Shown here piece after piece: positions 8,891-16,972 of a DNA stretch of 64,000 nucleotides; positions within the stretch are counted from its first letter, which is position 1, and every line of letters starts with the position of its first letter. The notes under the pieces were generated by a model. The model saw nothing but the letters and a program-made list of their open reading frames with translations. It was not told where the DNA came from and did no database searches. This DNA comes from Oscillospiraceae bacterium (GTDB lineage: Bacteria > Bacillota > Clostridia > Oscillospirales > Oscillospiraceae), in NCBI GenBank assembly GCA_045601285.1, contig JAZRZJ010000038.1, positions 3,165-67,164 of the forward strand, in the 5' to 3' direction. A program made the position numbers and the translations under genes.

Positions 8891-9235
8891 ATGCATGAGC
8901 TTGGAACAGTTAATTACGTAATTGAAGAAGTGGAAAAGCTGGTTGAGGAGAACAATCTCAGTGTTGTTGCTGCCGTCACCCTGCAGATAGGCGAGGTTTC
9001 CGGCATAGTTCCCGAGTACATTGTTGACTTCTGGAACTGGGCAAGAAAAAAGACCAGATATCTTCAGGATACTGAGATGAAGGTCGAGAAGATCGACGCC
9101 GTTACCTACTGCGAAAATTGCGGAAAAACTTACGAAACCCTGAAATACGCAAAGATTTGCCCCTACTGCAAGAGTGAGGATACCTATCTCATTCAGGGCA
9201 ATGAATACGTAATAAAGGAAATAGAGGCCATGTAA
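8891..9235 (+). CDS. hypA: HypA-like nickel metallochaperone (copy 2)
   Basis: 114 aa. Starts MHE, with CENC…(x12)…CPYC. GGAGGAAAAA RBS. Confidence 0.8.
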   Translation: MHELGTVNYVIEEVEKLVEENNLSVVAAVTLQIGEVSGIVPEYIVDFWNWARKKTRYLQDTEMKVEKIDAVTYCENCGKTYETLKYAKICPYCKSEDTYLIQGNEYVIKEIEAM

Positions 9236-9253
9236 AGCCTTTTAAAACAGGAC

Positions 9254-9480
9254 AAGCCCCGACGAAAGTCGGGGCTTCAGCCTGTAGACAAAGTATAGAT
9301 TTGTCATTGCGAACCAGTGACCGATGTCACTGGTGTGGCAATCCGTTTCCCCTGAAAGCTCTGATATATCAATGTTTTTCAAAGAGAACGGATTCCCACG
9401 ACCAGTCTGCGGACTGGTCTCGGAATGACAGGATCGGGGGTTTGTCTACACCTTGAAGCCCCGACGAAAGTCGGGGCTTG
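9254..9480. repeat. ~227-bp long imperfect palindrome (MITE-like element)
   Basis: Outer arms 9254-9292 and 9442-9480 (AAGCCCCGAC-GAAA-GTCGGGGCTTCA..TGTAGACAAA) and inner arms 9302-9346 and 9388-9431 (TGTCATTGCGA…GGCAATCCGTT) are reverse complements. The centre is near 9367. Confidence 0.85.
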
Positions 9481-9510
9481 TTTTTATGTGTAGTTACTAC
9501 GCAGCAAAAA

Positions 9511-9596
9511 CTGTCATTCTGAGGAGCACAGCGACGAAGAATCTCCTGCGGCGACAAATATAATTGGGGATTCTTCGCTTCGCTCAGAATGACACG
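9511..9596. repeat. Family-A hairpin repeat (GTCATTCTGAGGAGC…GACGAAGAATC / GATTCTTCGC…CTCAGAATGAC)
   Basis: Internally self-complementary arms. The left arm (41 nt) is identical to 46561-46601, and the same unit occurs at 18645-18919. Confidence 0.9.
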
Positions 9597-9809
9597 GTGA
9601 TGGTTTATTAGATTCAGTTATTCTTTCACTGTTCACTATTAAATCAAATGATCCGCCAGTCATCTTTGACAAGGGGACCATGAGGGGAAGCGGATTGCTC
9701 TGAATCCTGATCCTATAATAAAACTTTCCGAACATACTTGCACTTTTTGAGCCAATTTGATAAAATACTATATCAGCAAAATTGATAATCAGAAAAGGAA
9801 GTTTGTCAT

Positions 9810-10553
9810 ATGAAAAAGTATGTATTCTACTTCAGTCCCACCGGCGGCACCAGATTTGCGGCAGTTGAGCTTGCAAAGGCTCTTGAAGCTGACGAAATTG
9901 ATATCACCGTCCGCTGCCTTGAGATGAACATGTCCAAGGACGATCTGGCAATTTTCTTTGTCCCCGTTTACGCAGGCCGCATTCCCATTCCCGTGCATGA
10001 GCGCCTGAGTCACATCAAGTGCGACAATACTCCCGCAATCCTCGTTGCCTGCTACGGCAACCGCGCAGTTGACGACGCTCTGCTTGAGATGAGCGATCTT
10101 GTAAAGAGAAAGGGCTTCCGCGTGGTCGGCGGCGCAGAGATGATTACTCCCCATGCCTTCAATCCCGAGGTCGGCAAGTTCCGTCCCGATGAGGACGAGC
10201 GCAAGCAGCTGCTTGACTTCGTGGGTAAGGTCATTGCCCAGCCCGAGATGAAGGACGTCCAGATGCCCGGCGATCCCGCGTATAAGGACAAGAAGCCCGC
10301 GAAGCTGCCTCTGTACCCCAAGCCCGCTAAGGAATGTATCGGCTGCGGTATCTGCTTCAACAACTGCCCCATGCACGCCATCAGCGACGTTAAGATGAAG
10401 GTCAAGAAGCAGTCCTGCATCAGCTGCATGCGCTGTATTGACATGTGCTCCACCTCCTCCCGCCATCTGCCCAAGTACCAGGAAATCATGGCAAAGGGTG
10501 CTGCATTTGCAATGGGCGGACTTAAGAAGAAAAAGCCCAAATTCTATATGTGA
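9810..10553 (+). CDS. Flavodoxin-like domain fused to a 2x[4Fe-4S] ferredoxin domain
   Basis: 247 aa. N-terminal flavodoxin-like fold signature (FYFSPTGGT), then CIGCGICFNNCP and CISCMRCIDMC. Confidence 0.75.
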   Translation: MKKYVFYFSPTGGTRFAAVELAKALEADEIDITVRCLEMNMSKDDLAIFFVPVYAGRIPIPVHERLSHIKCDNTPAILVACYGNRAVDDALLEMSDLVKRKGFRVVGGAEMITPHAFNPEVGKFRPDEDERKQLLDFVGKVIAQPEMKDVQMPGDPAYKDKKPAKLPLYPKPAKECIGCGICFNNCPMHAISDVKMKVKKQSCISCMRCIDMCSTSSRHLPKYQEIMAKGAAFAMGGLKKKKPKFYM

Positions 10554-10560
10554 TTACATA

Positions 10561-10592
10561 AAAATCCACCGTTCACTGACGGTGGATTTTTT
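10561..10592. terminator. Bidirectional intrinsic terminator
   Basis: AAAATCCACCG…CGGTGGATTTTTT between convergent genes. Confidence 0.8.
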
Positions 10593-10594
10593 AT

Positions 10595-10861
10595 TCATAT
10601 TTCTATTATATAGAGATTGTCATTTTCAAGTGCGGTGTCATTCAGCACCCGCATAAGCTTTTCAAAGCTTATGCCCAGTCGGTCATATAGAATATCGCTT
10701 TCCGCTATGGTTATGCTTGTTTCCTCGGAAATATCCCCCAGACAGTCATGGAGTGCGTCAAGATTCATACCGTAGTAGTCGGGAAAACCCAGCGTGTCGG
10801 CAAGCTTTTCGTGAATGTCGGCAATGCAGCAGATTTCGGAGCCTTTAATTGTTATATTCAT
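10595..10861 (-). CDS. Barstar-family ribonuclease inhibitor
   Basis: 88 aa with the barstar signature …FPDYYGMNLDALHDCL…. The start overlaps the barnase stop (ATGA). Confidence 0.85.
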   Translation of the reverse strand: MNITIKGSEICCIADIHEKLADTLGFPDYYGMNLDALHDCLGDISEETSITIAESDILYDRLGISFEKLMRVLNDTALENDNLYIIEI

Positions 10862-11352
10862 GGTGTTTCCTCCCCGTAGAGAAGCTCAAAGGTTTTGTAA
10901 TGGTCCCCGGTGTAGTAGATGAGTCCGTCGTTTGAGAATACAATGCGCTTTGCGCCGCGGCTGTCCGCGCCGAGCGTATCAATATCGCATTCGGTGTAGC
11001 TCCTGCCGGGTGCTTCGGGAAGAATACCCTCGTAATTACCGAAGTAGCTTCCACCGATGCACTTGCCGGGAGCGTAGGGCTCAAGGCTGCCGCCGGGCCA
11101 GCCAAGCGACTGCGCCTGCTTCTTGGTGATGAAGTTGTCAGGCAGATGACCGTAGGTGTGGATAAATAATGCAACGTCTTCCTTGGTTGTATAGACGCCG
11201 TGCTCATCAAGCTTTGCGGGTTCGGTTTCCACAGGCTCGGTTACAACAGGAAGAGTCTGAACGGGATCATCTTCGTTGCCGATATTAGCGGCGCAGGCCG
11301 CAAGGGAAAACAGCGCCAGCAGGACAAGAATAAGAGATAGCAGTTTTTTCAT
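10858..11352 (-). CDS. Barnase-family secreted ribonuclease with lipoprotein-type signal
   Basis: 164 aa with a lipobox LAAC. Aligns by eye to barnase (…YGHLPDNFITKKQAQSLGW…, GKCIGGSYF, …YTECDI…, RGAKRIVF, GDHYKTF), with the catalytic Glu, Arg and His positions retained. Confidence 0.85.
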   Translation of the reverse strand: MKKLLSLILVLLALFSLAACAANIGNEDDPVQTLPVVTEPVETEPAKLDEHGVYTTKEDVALFIHTYGHLPDNFITKKQAQSLGWPGGSLEPYAPGKCIGGSYFGNYEGILPEAPGRSYTECDIDTLGADSRGAKRIVFSNDGLIYYTGDHYKTFELLYGEETP

Positions 11353-11369
11353 TGTTTTTCCTCGAAAAA

Positions 11370-12134
11370 TCAGTATTCGCGCTTTGCAATTGCAAGCCAG
11401 CCCAACGCGGTTGTGGCGACAATGTAGAGCGGTGACACCGCAAGCGCAATTCTGAAGCTTTCGGCAGTGGGCTTTACGGAGCTTACGTTGGAGAGCATTC
11501 TGTCAAGCCAGTATTTAGTCAGCTCAATTCTGCCTGAAGCATCAGCTCCGCCGGAAACCGAGCTTTCAAAAGAGGTTAGCAGAATAGTTACGGCAAGGGG
11601 AAGCACAATGCAAAGTGCAATTGCGGCGCCGTTTTTCTGAATTGCGGAGCAGACCGCATTGAACAGACAGGCATAGGCAAGTGTAATAAGAAGCTGGGAC
11701 AGAAGCGATTCAAGAAAGCTCAGATTCAGCGCGTCGCTGCTGCCACCTGATACAACTCTTGCGGCGATGGCTGCGGAAAGCCAGCAGAGAAGCAGCATGC
11801 CTGCAAAGGCAATGCACAGCACAATGAGCTTGGCAAGGTAAATCTGGGTGCGGGTATAGCCTCGCGTCACAATGACACGTATTGTACCGCAGTTATAATC
11901 CTCGCAGATGAAAATTGCGGCAAAAACAGCAATAATGATTGTGAAAAGGAAACTGCTGCCTGCGTTGACCATGCTTTCCATTGAAAAGCCCGCGCTGTCC
12001 GTGCCGCTAATACCTCTGGCTGCCCAGGATATGCGTGTCTGAAAAATGTTAATCAGAAATGTGAACAATATGCAAATGTAAAAGGTTTTCTGAAGCAGGA
12101 GCTTTCGGAGCTCAAATTTAATAAGCCTTCCCAT
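11370..12134 (-). CDS. ABC-2 type transporter permease
   Basis: About 254 aa from MGRLIKFELRKLL… with six predicted TM segments. I chose the internal ATG at 12134, just after the ATPase stop, rather than the ORF-track start at 12197. Confidence 0.7.
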   Translation of the reverse strand: MGRLIKFELRKLLLQKTFYICILFTFLINIFQTRISWAARGISGTDSAGFSMESMVNAGSSFLFTIIIAVFAAIFICEDYNCGTIRVIVTRGYTRTQIYLAKLIVLCIAFAGMLLLCWLSAAIAARVVSGGSSDALNLSFLESLLSQLLITLAYACLFNAVCSAIQKNGAAIALCIVLPLAVTILLTSFESSVSGGADASGRIELTKYWLDRMLSNVSSVKPTAESFRIALAVSPLYIVATTALGWLAIAKREY

Positions 12135-12135
12135 A

Positions 12136-13029
12136 TCAGCCACCGACCCTTTCCATGAAGTAGCTTTCAAGGGTTGCGGTCTGCCGCTGAAGCTCAATAA
12201 CGCTTATTCCGTTTTCAACAAGTGCGGTGTTGATGGCTGCGCTGTCCTCAAGGTGAGAGTCAATGACGATGGTGTTCTCCTCAAGCCTCGGCTTAATGTC
12301 ACCAAGCTGACCGCGTATAACTTCAAGGGCTTTTTCAGTATCGTCTACCGTGATAAGAAGTCTGCGGCGGCACTTCTGTTGAAGCTCCTTTGCGGAAATC
12401 TGCTCCACAAGCACACCGTTATTGATAATTCCGTAGACGGTAACAACCTTTGCAAGCTCGTCCAGAAGATGACTTGACACAAGAATCGTAACGCCAAGCT
12501 CCTTGTTCAAGCGGAGAATGAGATCGCGTATGTCCTTGATGCCCTCGGGGTCAAGACCGTTGACAGGCTCGTCAAGAATGAGAAATTCGGGGTGACCGAG
12601 CATGGCAATCGCAATGCCGAGGCGCTGCTTCATGCCGAGTGAAAACTGACCGACCTTCTTTTTGCCTGTATCCCCAAGCTCAACAAAGCGCAAAATTGCC
12701 CGTATATCCTTGTCGCTGTTGCCTGTAAGCAGAGAAAAGCGCTTTAGATTTTCATAGGCAGAGCAGTTTTTGTACAGACTCGGCGATTCAAGCAAAGAGC
12801 CTATGCGGTGCCGTGCAGCGTCGGGGTTTTGACCGCCAAAAAGCTCGAGGGTGCCGCTGCTTGGAACTGCTGCGCCGAGTACCAAGCGCATAAGCGTTGT
12901 TTTTCCTGCACCGTTCTTTCCTATGAAACCGTAGATGTCACCCTTCTTAATGCTGATACTGACGCCGTTCACGGCTTTTTTCATTCCGTAATTCTTTGTA
13001 AGCTCATGGGTCTTAAGAACATATTCCAA
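12136..13029 (-). CDS. ABC transporter ATP-binding protein
   Basis: Walker A GKNGAGKTT, signature FSLGMKQRL, Walker B FLILDEP. The likely start is the TTG at 13029, 7 nt after AAGGAGG. The ORF-track ATG at 13050 lies upstream of that RBS. Confidence 0.8.
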   Translation of the reverse strand: MEYVLKTHELTKNYGMKKAVNGVSISIKKGDIYGFIGKNGAGKTTLMRLVLGAAVPSSGTLELFGGQNPDAARHRIGSLLESPSLYKNCSAYENLKRFSLLTGNSDKDIRAILRFVELGDTGKKKVGQFSLGMKQRLGIAIAMLGHPEFLILDEPVNGLDPEGIKDIRDLILRLNKELGVTILVSSHLLDELAKVVTVYGIINNGVLVEQISAKELQQKCRRRLLITVDDTEKALEVIRGQLGDIKPRLEENTIVIDSHLEDSAAINTALVENGISVIELQRQTATLESYFMERVGG

Positions 13030-13115
13030 GTATAAGGCCTCCTTGCACAATTGACTTATTATTGACTTTAGGGTAACATATTAATGCAATAAAATCAATA
13101 AGCGGTGAAAAAGCT

Positions 13116-13787
13116 ATGGCAGAAATGAAAATCATTGCAAGGGTGAGTTCACCATTCAAATCAAAATTCGGAATACCCCGTCAGAGCGGGATTGCGGAGG
13201 AAATTGAATCTGAAATCGTTTTCGAACCCGAATTCAGAAATCCCGATGCCCTGCGCGGTCTTGAGGAATGGTCGCATATCTGGCTGATATGGCAGTTTTC
13301 CGAAAACCTTCGGGATACCTGGTCACCAACAGTGCGCCCGCCGCGTCTGGGCGGGAACACACATGTGGGAGTTTTTGCAACGCGCTCGCCCTTCAGACCG
13401 AATGCCATCGGACTGTCCTGCGTGAAGCTCAAATCAGTTGACATAACAAATGAGGGCCCTGTACTGAAGATAATGGGCGCCGACCTTATGGACGGCACCC
13501 CCATATTCGACATAAAGCCTTATGTTCCTTATGCCGACGCCCATCCGGAAGCCACAGGAGGTTTTACGGACAAGACGGAATTTCACAGGCTTAAAGTTGA
13601 CATAACAAATGAACTTGAGGAGAAAATTCCAGAAAAGGAAAGGGCAGCGCTGATAGCTGTGCTGTCAAATGACCCGAGACCGCAGTATCACAAGGACCCG
13701 GACAGAGTGTACGGATTTCCCTTCGGTGAGCATGAGATTAAGTTCAAAGTCAAGGACGATACCCTTACCGTAATCGCGATAGAATAA
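13116..13787 (+). CDS. trmO: tRNA (m6t6A37) methyltransferase TrmO (YaeB family)
   Basis: 223 aa with …FGIPRQSG…, GVFATRSPFRPNAIGLS and GTPIFDIKPY. Confidence 0.75.
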   Translation: MAEMKIIARVSSPFKSKFGIPRQSGIAEEIESEIVFEPEFRNPDALRGLEEWSHIWLIWQFSENLRDTWSPTVRPPRLGGNTHVGVFATRSPFRPNAIGLSCVKLKSVDITNEGPVLKIMGADLMDGTPIFDIKPYVPYADAHPEATGGFTDKTEFHRLKVDITNELEEKIPEKERAALIAVLSNDPRPQYHKDPDRVYGFPFGEHEIKFKVKDDTLTVIAIE

Positions 13788-13815
13788 AAGACACCGCCAC
13801 AGGCGGTGTCTTTTA
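13787..13815. terminator. Bidirectional intrinsic terminator
   Basis: AAAGACACCGCC acag GCGGTGTCTTTT. Confidence 0.8.
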
Positions 13816-15483
13816 TTATCCTATATCAAGCTTTTCCGAAATTACATCGGCGATGCTTCTGACTGTATCTGCGCTTATGGGGGAGGACACGCCTGCTCTG
13901 CTCAGCAGTCTGATAAAATCGAAATTTTCCGCGTTCCTGAGAACCTTGAGATAGGCCTTAAGACCGCTGCCTGCGCTGTTCTGCTCCATGCAGTACATAC
14001 TGAAGGCCGCAGAATCGGACACACAATAGCTGACAACATAGAAGGGGTAGTCGAAGAAATGGCTGACGTCGATCCATGAAAGCGGCGCAACATCGCCGAA
14101 GTCCTCACCGAAGCCGTATTCGTTTGCGCACTCAGCGTATATGCTGTTTACCTTGTCAACAGTGAGCTGATTTTCGGGCAGAGAGAATACACGCTGCTCA
14201 AATTCGTTAAAGCAGGCCTGATTGACATAGAGATACAGAATGTCGGTCATTTTGTATTCCGTAAGTGCCTCGGCAAGCTTAGTGTCGGAAAGATAGCTGA
14301 GAAGCATATATTCCATTCCCTGAGAGAGCGTTTCGGAGGTGTCGAGATTATAGTCGAGGTCATCGTTCTCGTAGGAATCGGCAAAGTGTCCGAATTCGTG
14401 AGCAATGGTAATGATATCCTCCTGATAGCCGCCGGGCTTTACAAAAAGGAAGGGAGAGCTGTAGTCATCAATATAAATAACGTATGATGTATCAAGCTTT
14501 TTGCTCGATGCACTCACATCGTAAAGCTCACGGCTGAGCATGAAGTCCATGGCTTCCTTCAGCAGCTTATCCATGCCCGAAACGGTTGTTTCAACGGTGC
14601 TCAGCGCATCTTCGGCGCTGATTTCATCGAGCCCGTAGTAAGCATAGTCAAGTATGCCCGAATCCCGAGCCTCCTTGTACAGCGGCACGATGTATTCCTT
14701 GATTGCGGCAAGATAATCCTTTAAATCATCGGGGGTATATTCACGTCCGAACTGAAGATAAGCGAGGTCCTCGTAGGAATCGAAGCCGTATTCCTTCGCA
14801 ATCTGATGGCGAAGCTTTACAAGCTCAATGTAGATCCGGCACATATCCTCGTTATAGGTCTTGTATCCCTGAGTTTCGCTTTTGCAGCTATAGAATTTGA
14901 CAAGCAGATTGCGGTATTCATTCAGCAGAACGCTTTCCTGAGCATAAAGACTGTTGAGCTTTTCAAAGCCGTCTTCATAGCTTCCGCTGTATTGCTCCGC
15001 AAGCATACCGCCGAAATAATCATCGTCAAGCTCATCTGCGATGTCGGAACTGGCGCAGGCAACCATAAGCTCGGTGAACATGGTGGAAACGTCAGCCTCG
15101 GCAGCAGAGCAGTATTCGTATTCCGCGCTGTAGTATTTGTCGGAGGTGTCAAGGTCGCTGTGGATTTCAGCCAGTGTTGCCATGGTGTAGAAGTTCCAGT
15201 AAAGCTCATAGAAGCCGTCAAGTGCTTCAACAACCGTGTCATAGTCCTCTCCGTCATCAAGCATATCGCATATTTCATCAACGCTGCTGCGGATAGCGTC
15301 CGTTTCGGGACGCTCATAGACCATGTCGCTGAATCTGACACCGTCGCCTATATCGGCTTTCTCGGCCTGTTCGCTTTCTTTACCGTCCTTCTTGCTGCCG
15401 TCTGAATTATTATTGCAGGCGCAAAGTGAAAACAGCATGACAAAAGCGAGAATAAAAGCGGATATTCGTTTTCTCAGGCGCAT
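13816..15483 (-). CDS. M3-family oligoendopeptidase-like lipoprotein
   Basis: 555 aa with a lipobox (LFSLCAC) and the zinc motif HEFGHF. Confidence 0.7.
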   Translation of the reverse strand: MRLRKRISAFILAFVMLFSLCACNNNSDGSKKDGKESEQAEKADIGDGVRFSDMVYERPETDAIRSSVDEICDMLDDGEDYDTVVEALDGFYELYWNFYTMATLAEIHSDLDTSDKYYSAEYEYCSAAEADVSTMFTELMVACASSDIADELDDDYFGGMLAEQYSGSYEDGFEKLNSLYAQESVLLNEYRNLLVKFYSCKSETQGYKTYNEDMCRIYIELVKLRHQIAKEYGFDSYEDLAYLQFGREYTPDDLKDYLAAIKEYIVPLYKEARDSGILDYAYYGLDEISAEDALSTVETTVSGMDKLLKEAMDFMLSRELYDVSASSKKLDTSYVIYIDDYSSPFLFVKPGGYQEDIITIAHEFGHFADSYENDDLDYNLDTSETLSQGMEYMLLSYLSDTKLAEALTEYKMTDILYLYVNQACFNEFEQRVFSLPENQLTVDKVNSIYAECANEYGFGEDFGDVAPLSWIDVSHFFDYPFYVVSYCVSDSAAFSMYCMEQNSAGSGLKAYLKVLRNAENFDFIRLLSRAGVSSPISADTVRSIADVISEKLDIG

Positions 15484-15639
15484 ATTTTCCCTCCGTGATT
15501 AATCTTCATATATTTACTTAATAATAACAGCGGAAGCTTCAAAATGCAACAATGAGCAGATTTAACGAAAATGTGCATTGAAAAAACTTCAAAAAATTGA
15601 TATAATTAGTTTGAAAATTTTAAGTAAAAGAGGAGCGGA

Positions 15640-16230
15640 ATGAGGTATATTATTATTGCGGCAGCTGCATATCTGTTGGGCTCCTTCTGTGCGTCAATTC
15701 CCATAACAAAGCGTCTGTACGGAGAAGATGTAAGAAACCGCGGCAGCGGAAATGCTGGCGCAACCAATGCCGCAAGGGTTTACGGACTCAAGGCGGGTCT
15801 GCTTACGCTTACCTGCGATATGGCGAAGACCGTTGCGGCGATGCTCTTCGGAAAACTGCTGTGCGGTGAGGCAGGGGAGGCTTTGGCAGGCGCGGTGTGT
15901 ATTACGGCGCATTGCTTTCCTCTGTATTTCGGCTTCAGAGGGGGCAAAGGCGTGTCGGTAGGTGCGGCATTGAGCCTTATGTGCGGCTGGAAGGTTTTTG
16001 CCTCCGTAATGTTTGTTTTCCTTGTGACTGCTGTTTTGAGCAAAAAGGTCTCCCTCGGCTCAATATTCGCATCGGCAGCACTACCTATAAGTGCAGTGCT
16101 GTTTTCACGGGGGAAATACCTCGTTGCCATGAGTGTATTTTCAGCCCTGCTTGTAATTATTATGCACCGGGACAACATCAGAAGACTTCTTGCGGGAGAA
16201 GAGCGCGACTTCAGACCGAAATCGGAATGA
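15640..16230 (+). CDS. plsY: Glycerol-3-phosphate acyltransferase PlsY
   Basis: 196 aa multi-pass membrane protein with GSGNAGATNAARV and FRGGKGV. Confidence 0.85.
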   Translation: MRYIIIAAAAYLLGSFCASIPITKRLYGEDVRNRGSGNAGATNAARVYGLKAGLLTLTCDMAKTVAAMLFGKLLCGEAGEALAGAVCITAHCFPLYFGFRGGKGVSVGAALSLMCGWKVFASVMFVFLVTAVLSKKVSLGSIFASAALPISAVLFSRGKYLVAMSVFSALLVIIMHRDNIRRLLAGEERDFRPKSE

Positions 16231-16439
16231 AACAGCACGTTTCTTACAGCGTTAAAAAAGCGCCGCTGTTGAAGATATAGAAATTTTTATATAAAAATTG
16301 TACAATATACCGAAAATGTATAACACTTTAGCCTGCTATCTTGACAAATTAATGACGCACGAGTATCATATAATCATAATAACAGTGGGCGTAAAGAGCG
16401 CACACATTATTAAAATCGATACATAAAGGAGATTATATC

Positions 16440-16673
16440 ATGCCTCTGTTTAAAGACATCGTTGGCAAGCAGTTCCTCGAGGACTATGACGGCGTAGAGC
16501 TCTTCAAGATCTACACCCCCAAAATCGCAAAGCTTCCTAAGCTGGCTTACAAGCCCTTCTACAACACTCCTACTCCCCAGGTAGTTGAGAGATGCATCCG
16601 CCTCGGCCGCTGCACCGCTGATGAAGCAGCAGCTCTCGAGAAGGCATTCAACGAGAAGTACGGCGCACTCTGA
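16440..16673 (+). CDS. Small hypothetical protein (77 aa)
   Basis: AAGGAG RBS, codon usage matching the highly expressed genes of the window, its own promoter-like TTGACA-17-TATCAT (16341-16369), and a strong terminator. No family recognised. Confidence 0.6.
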   Translation: MPLFKDIVGKQFLEDYDGVELFKIYTPKIAKLPKLAYKPFYNTPTPQVVERCIRLGRCTADEAAALEKAFNEKYGAL

Positions 16674-16710
16674 TCGTTCAGATCAGGAGACAGTCCAAAG
16701 GAAAATTAAT

Positions 16711-16740
16711 GCGGAGGCACATTCGTGCCTCCGCTTTTTT
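16711..16740 (+). terminator. Intrinsic terminator
   Basis: GCGGAGGCAC attc GTGCCTCCGC followed by TTTTTT. Confidence 0.85.
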
Positions 16741-16972
16741 ATGCCCTTTTAGTTTAGCACGGTAAATTATTTGCAACATTATGATGCGAAAATTGCAATC
16801 TCTGCTGTAGAAACGCAGGGAAACCGTCATAATCTGCATTTTTCCATAAAAAACTTGTCATGTTGTTGTGGAAAATGCTTGAATTTTTGCAGATGAGATT
16901 GTATAATTATTAACGTTAATGTGTTTTTTAACACAATCTTTATAAGAAAAAGTTTAAGTTAGGAGAATTGTC

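Noticed and set aside
2751-9235. Reading the locus as a conventional hydrogenase maturation (hyp) operon.
   Set aside because: Only hypA-like genes are present. There is no hypB/C/D/E/F, no [NiFe]-hydrogenase subunits, and no urease or CODH genes within 64 kb. The locus is reported as an unexplained pairing instead.
9369-9735. ORFs inside repeat clusters: 9369..9557, 9514..9735, 18334..18627, 18748..19089, 46455..46709.
   Set aside because: They run through hairpin repeat units on arbitrary strands, lack RBSs, and their peptides (e.g. …HSERSEESP…) simply spell out the repeat consensus.
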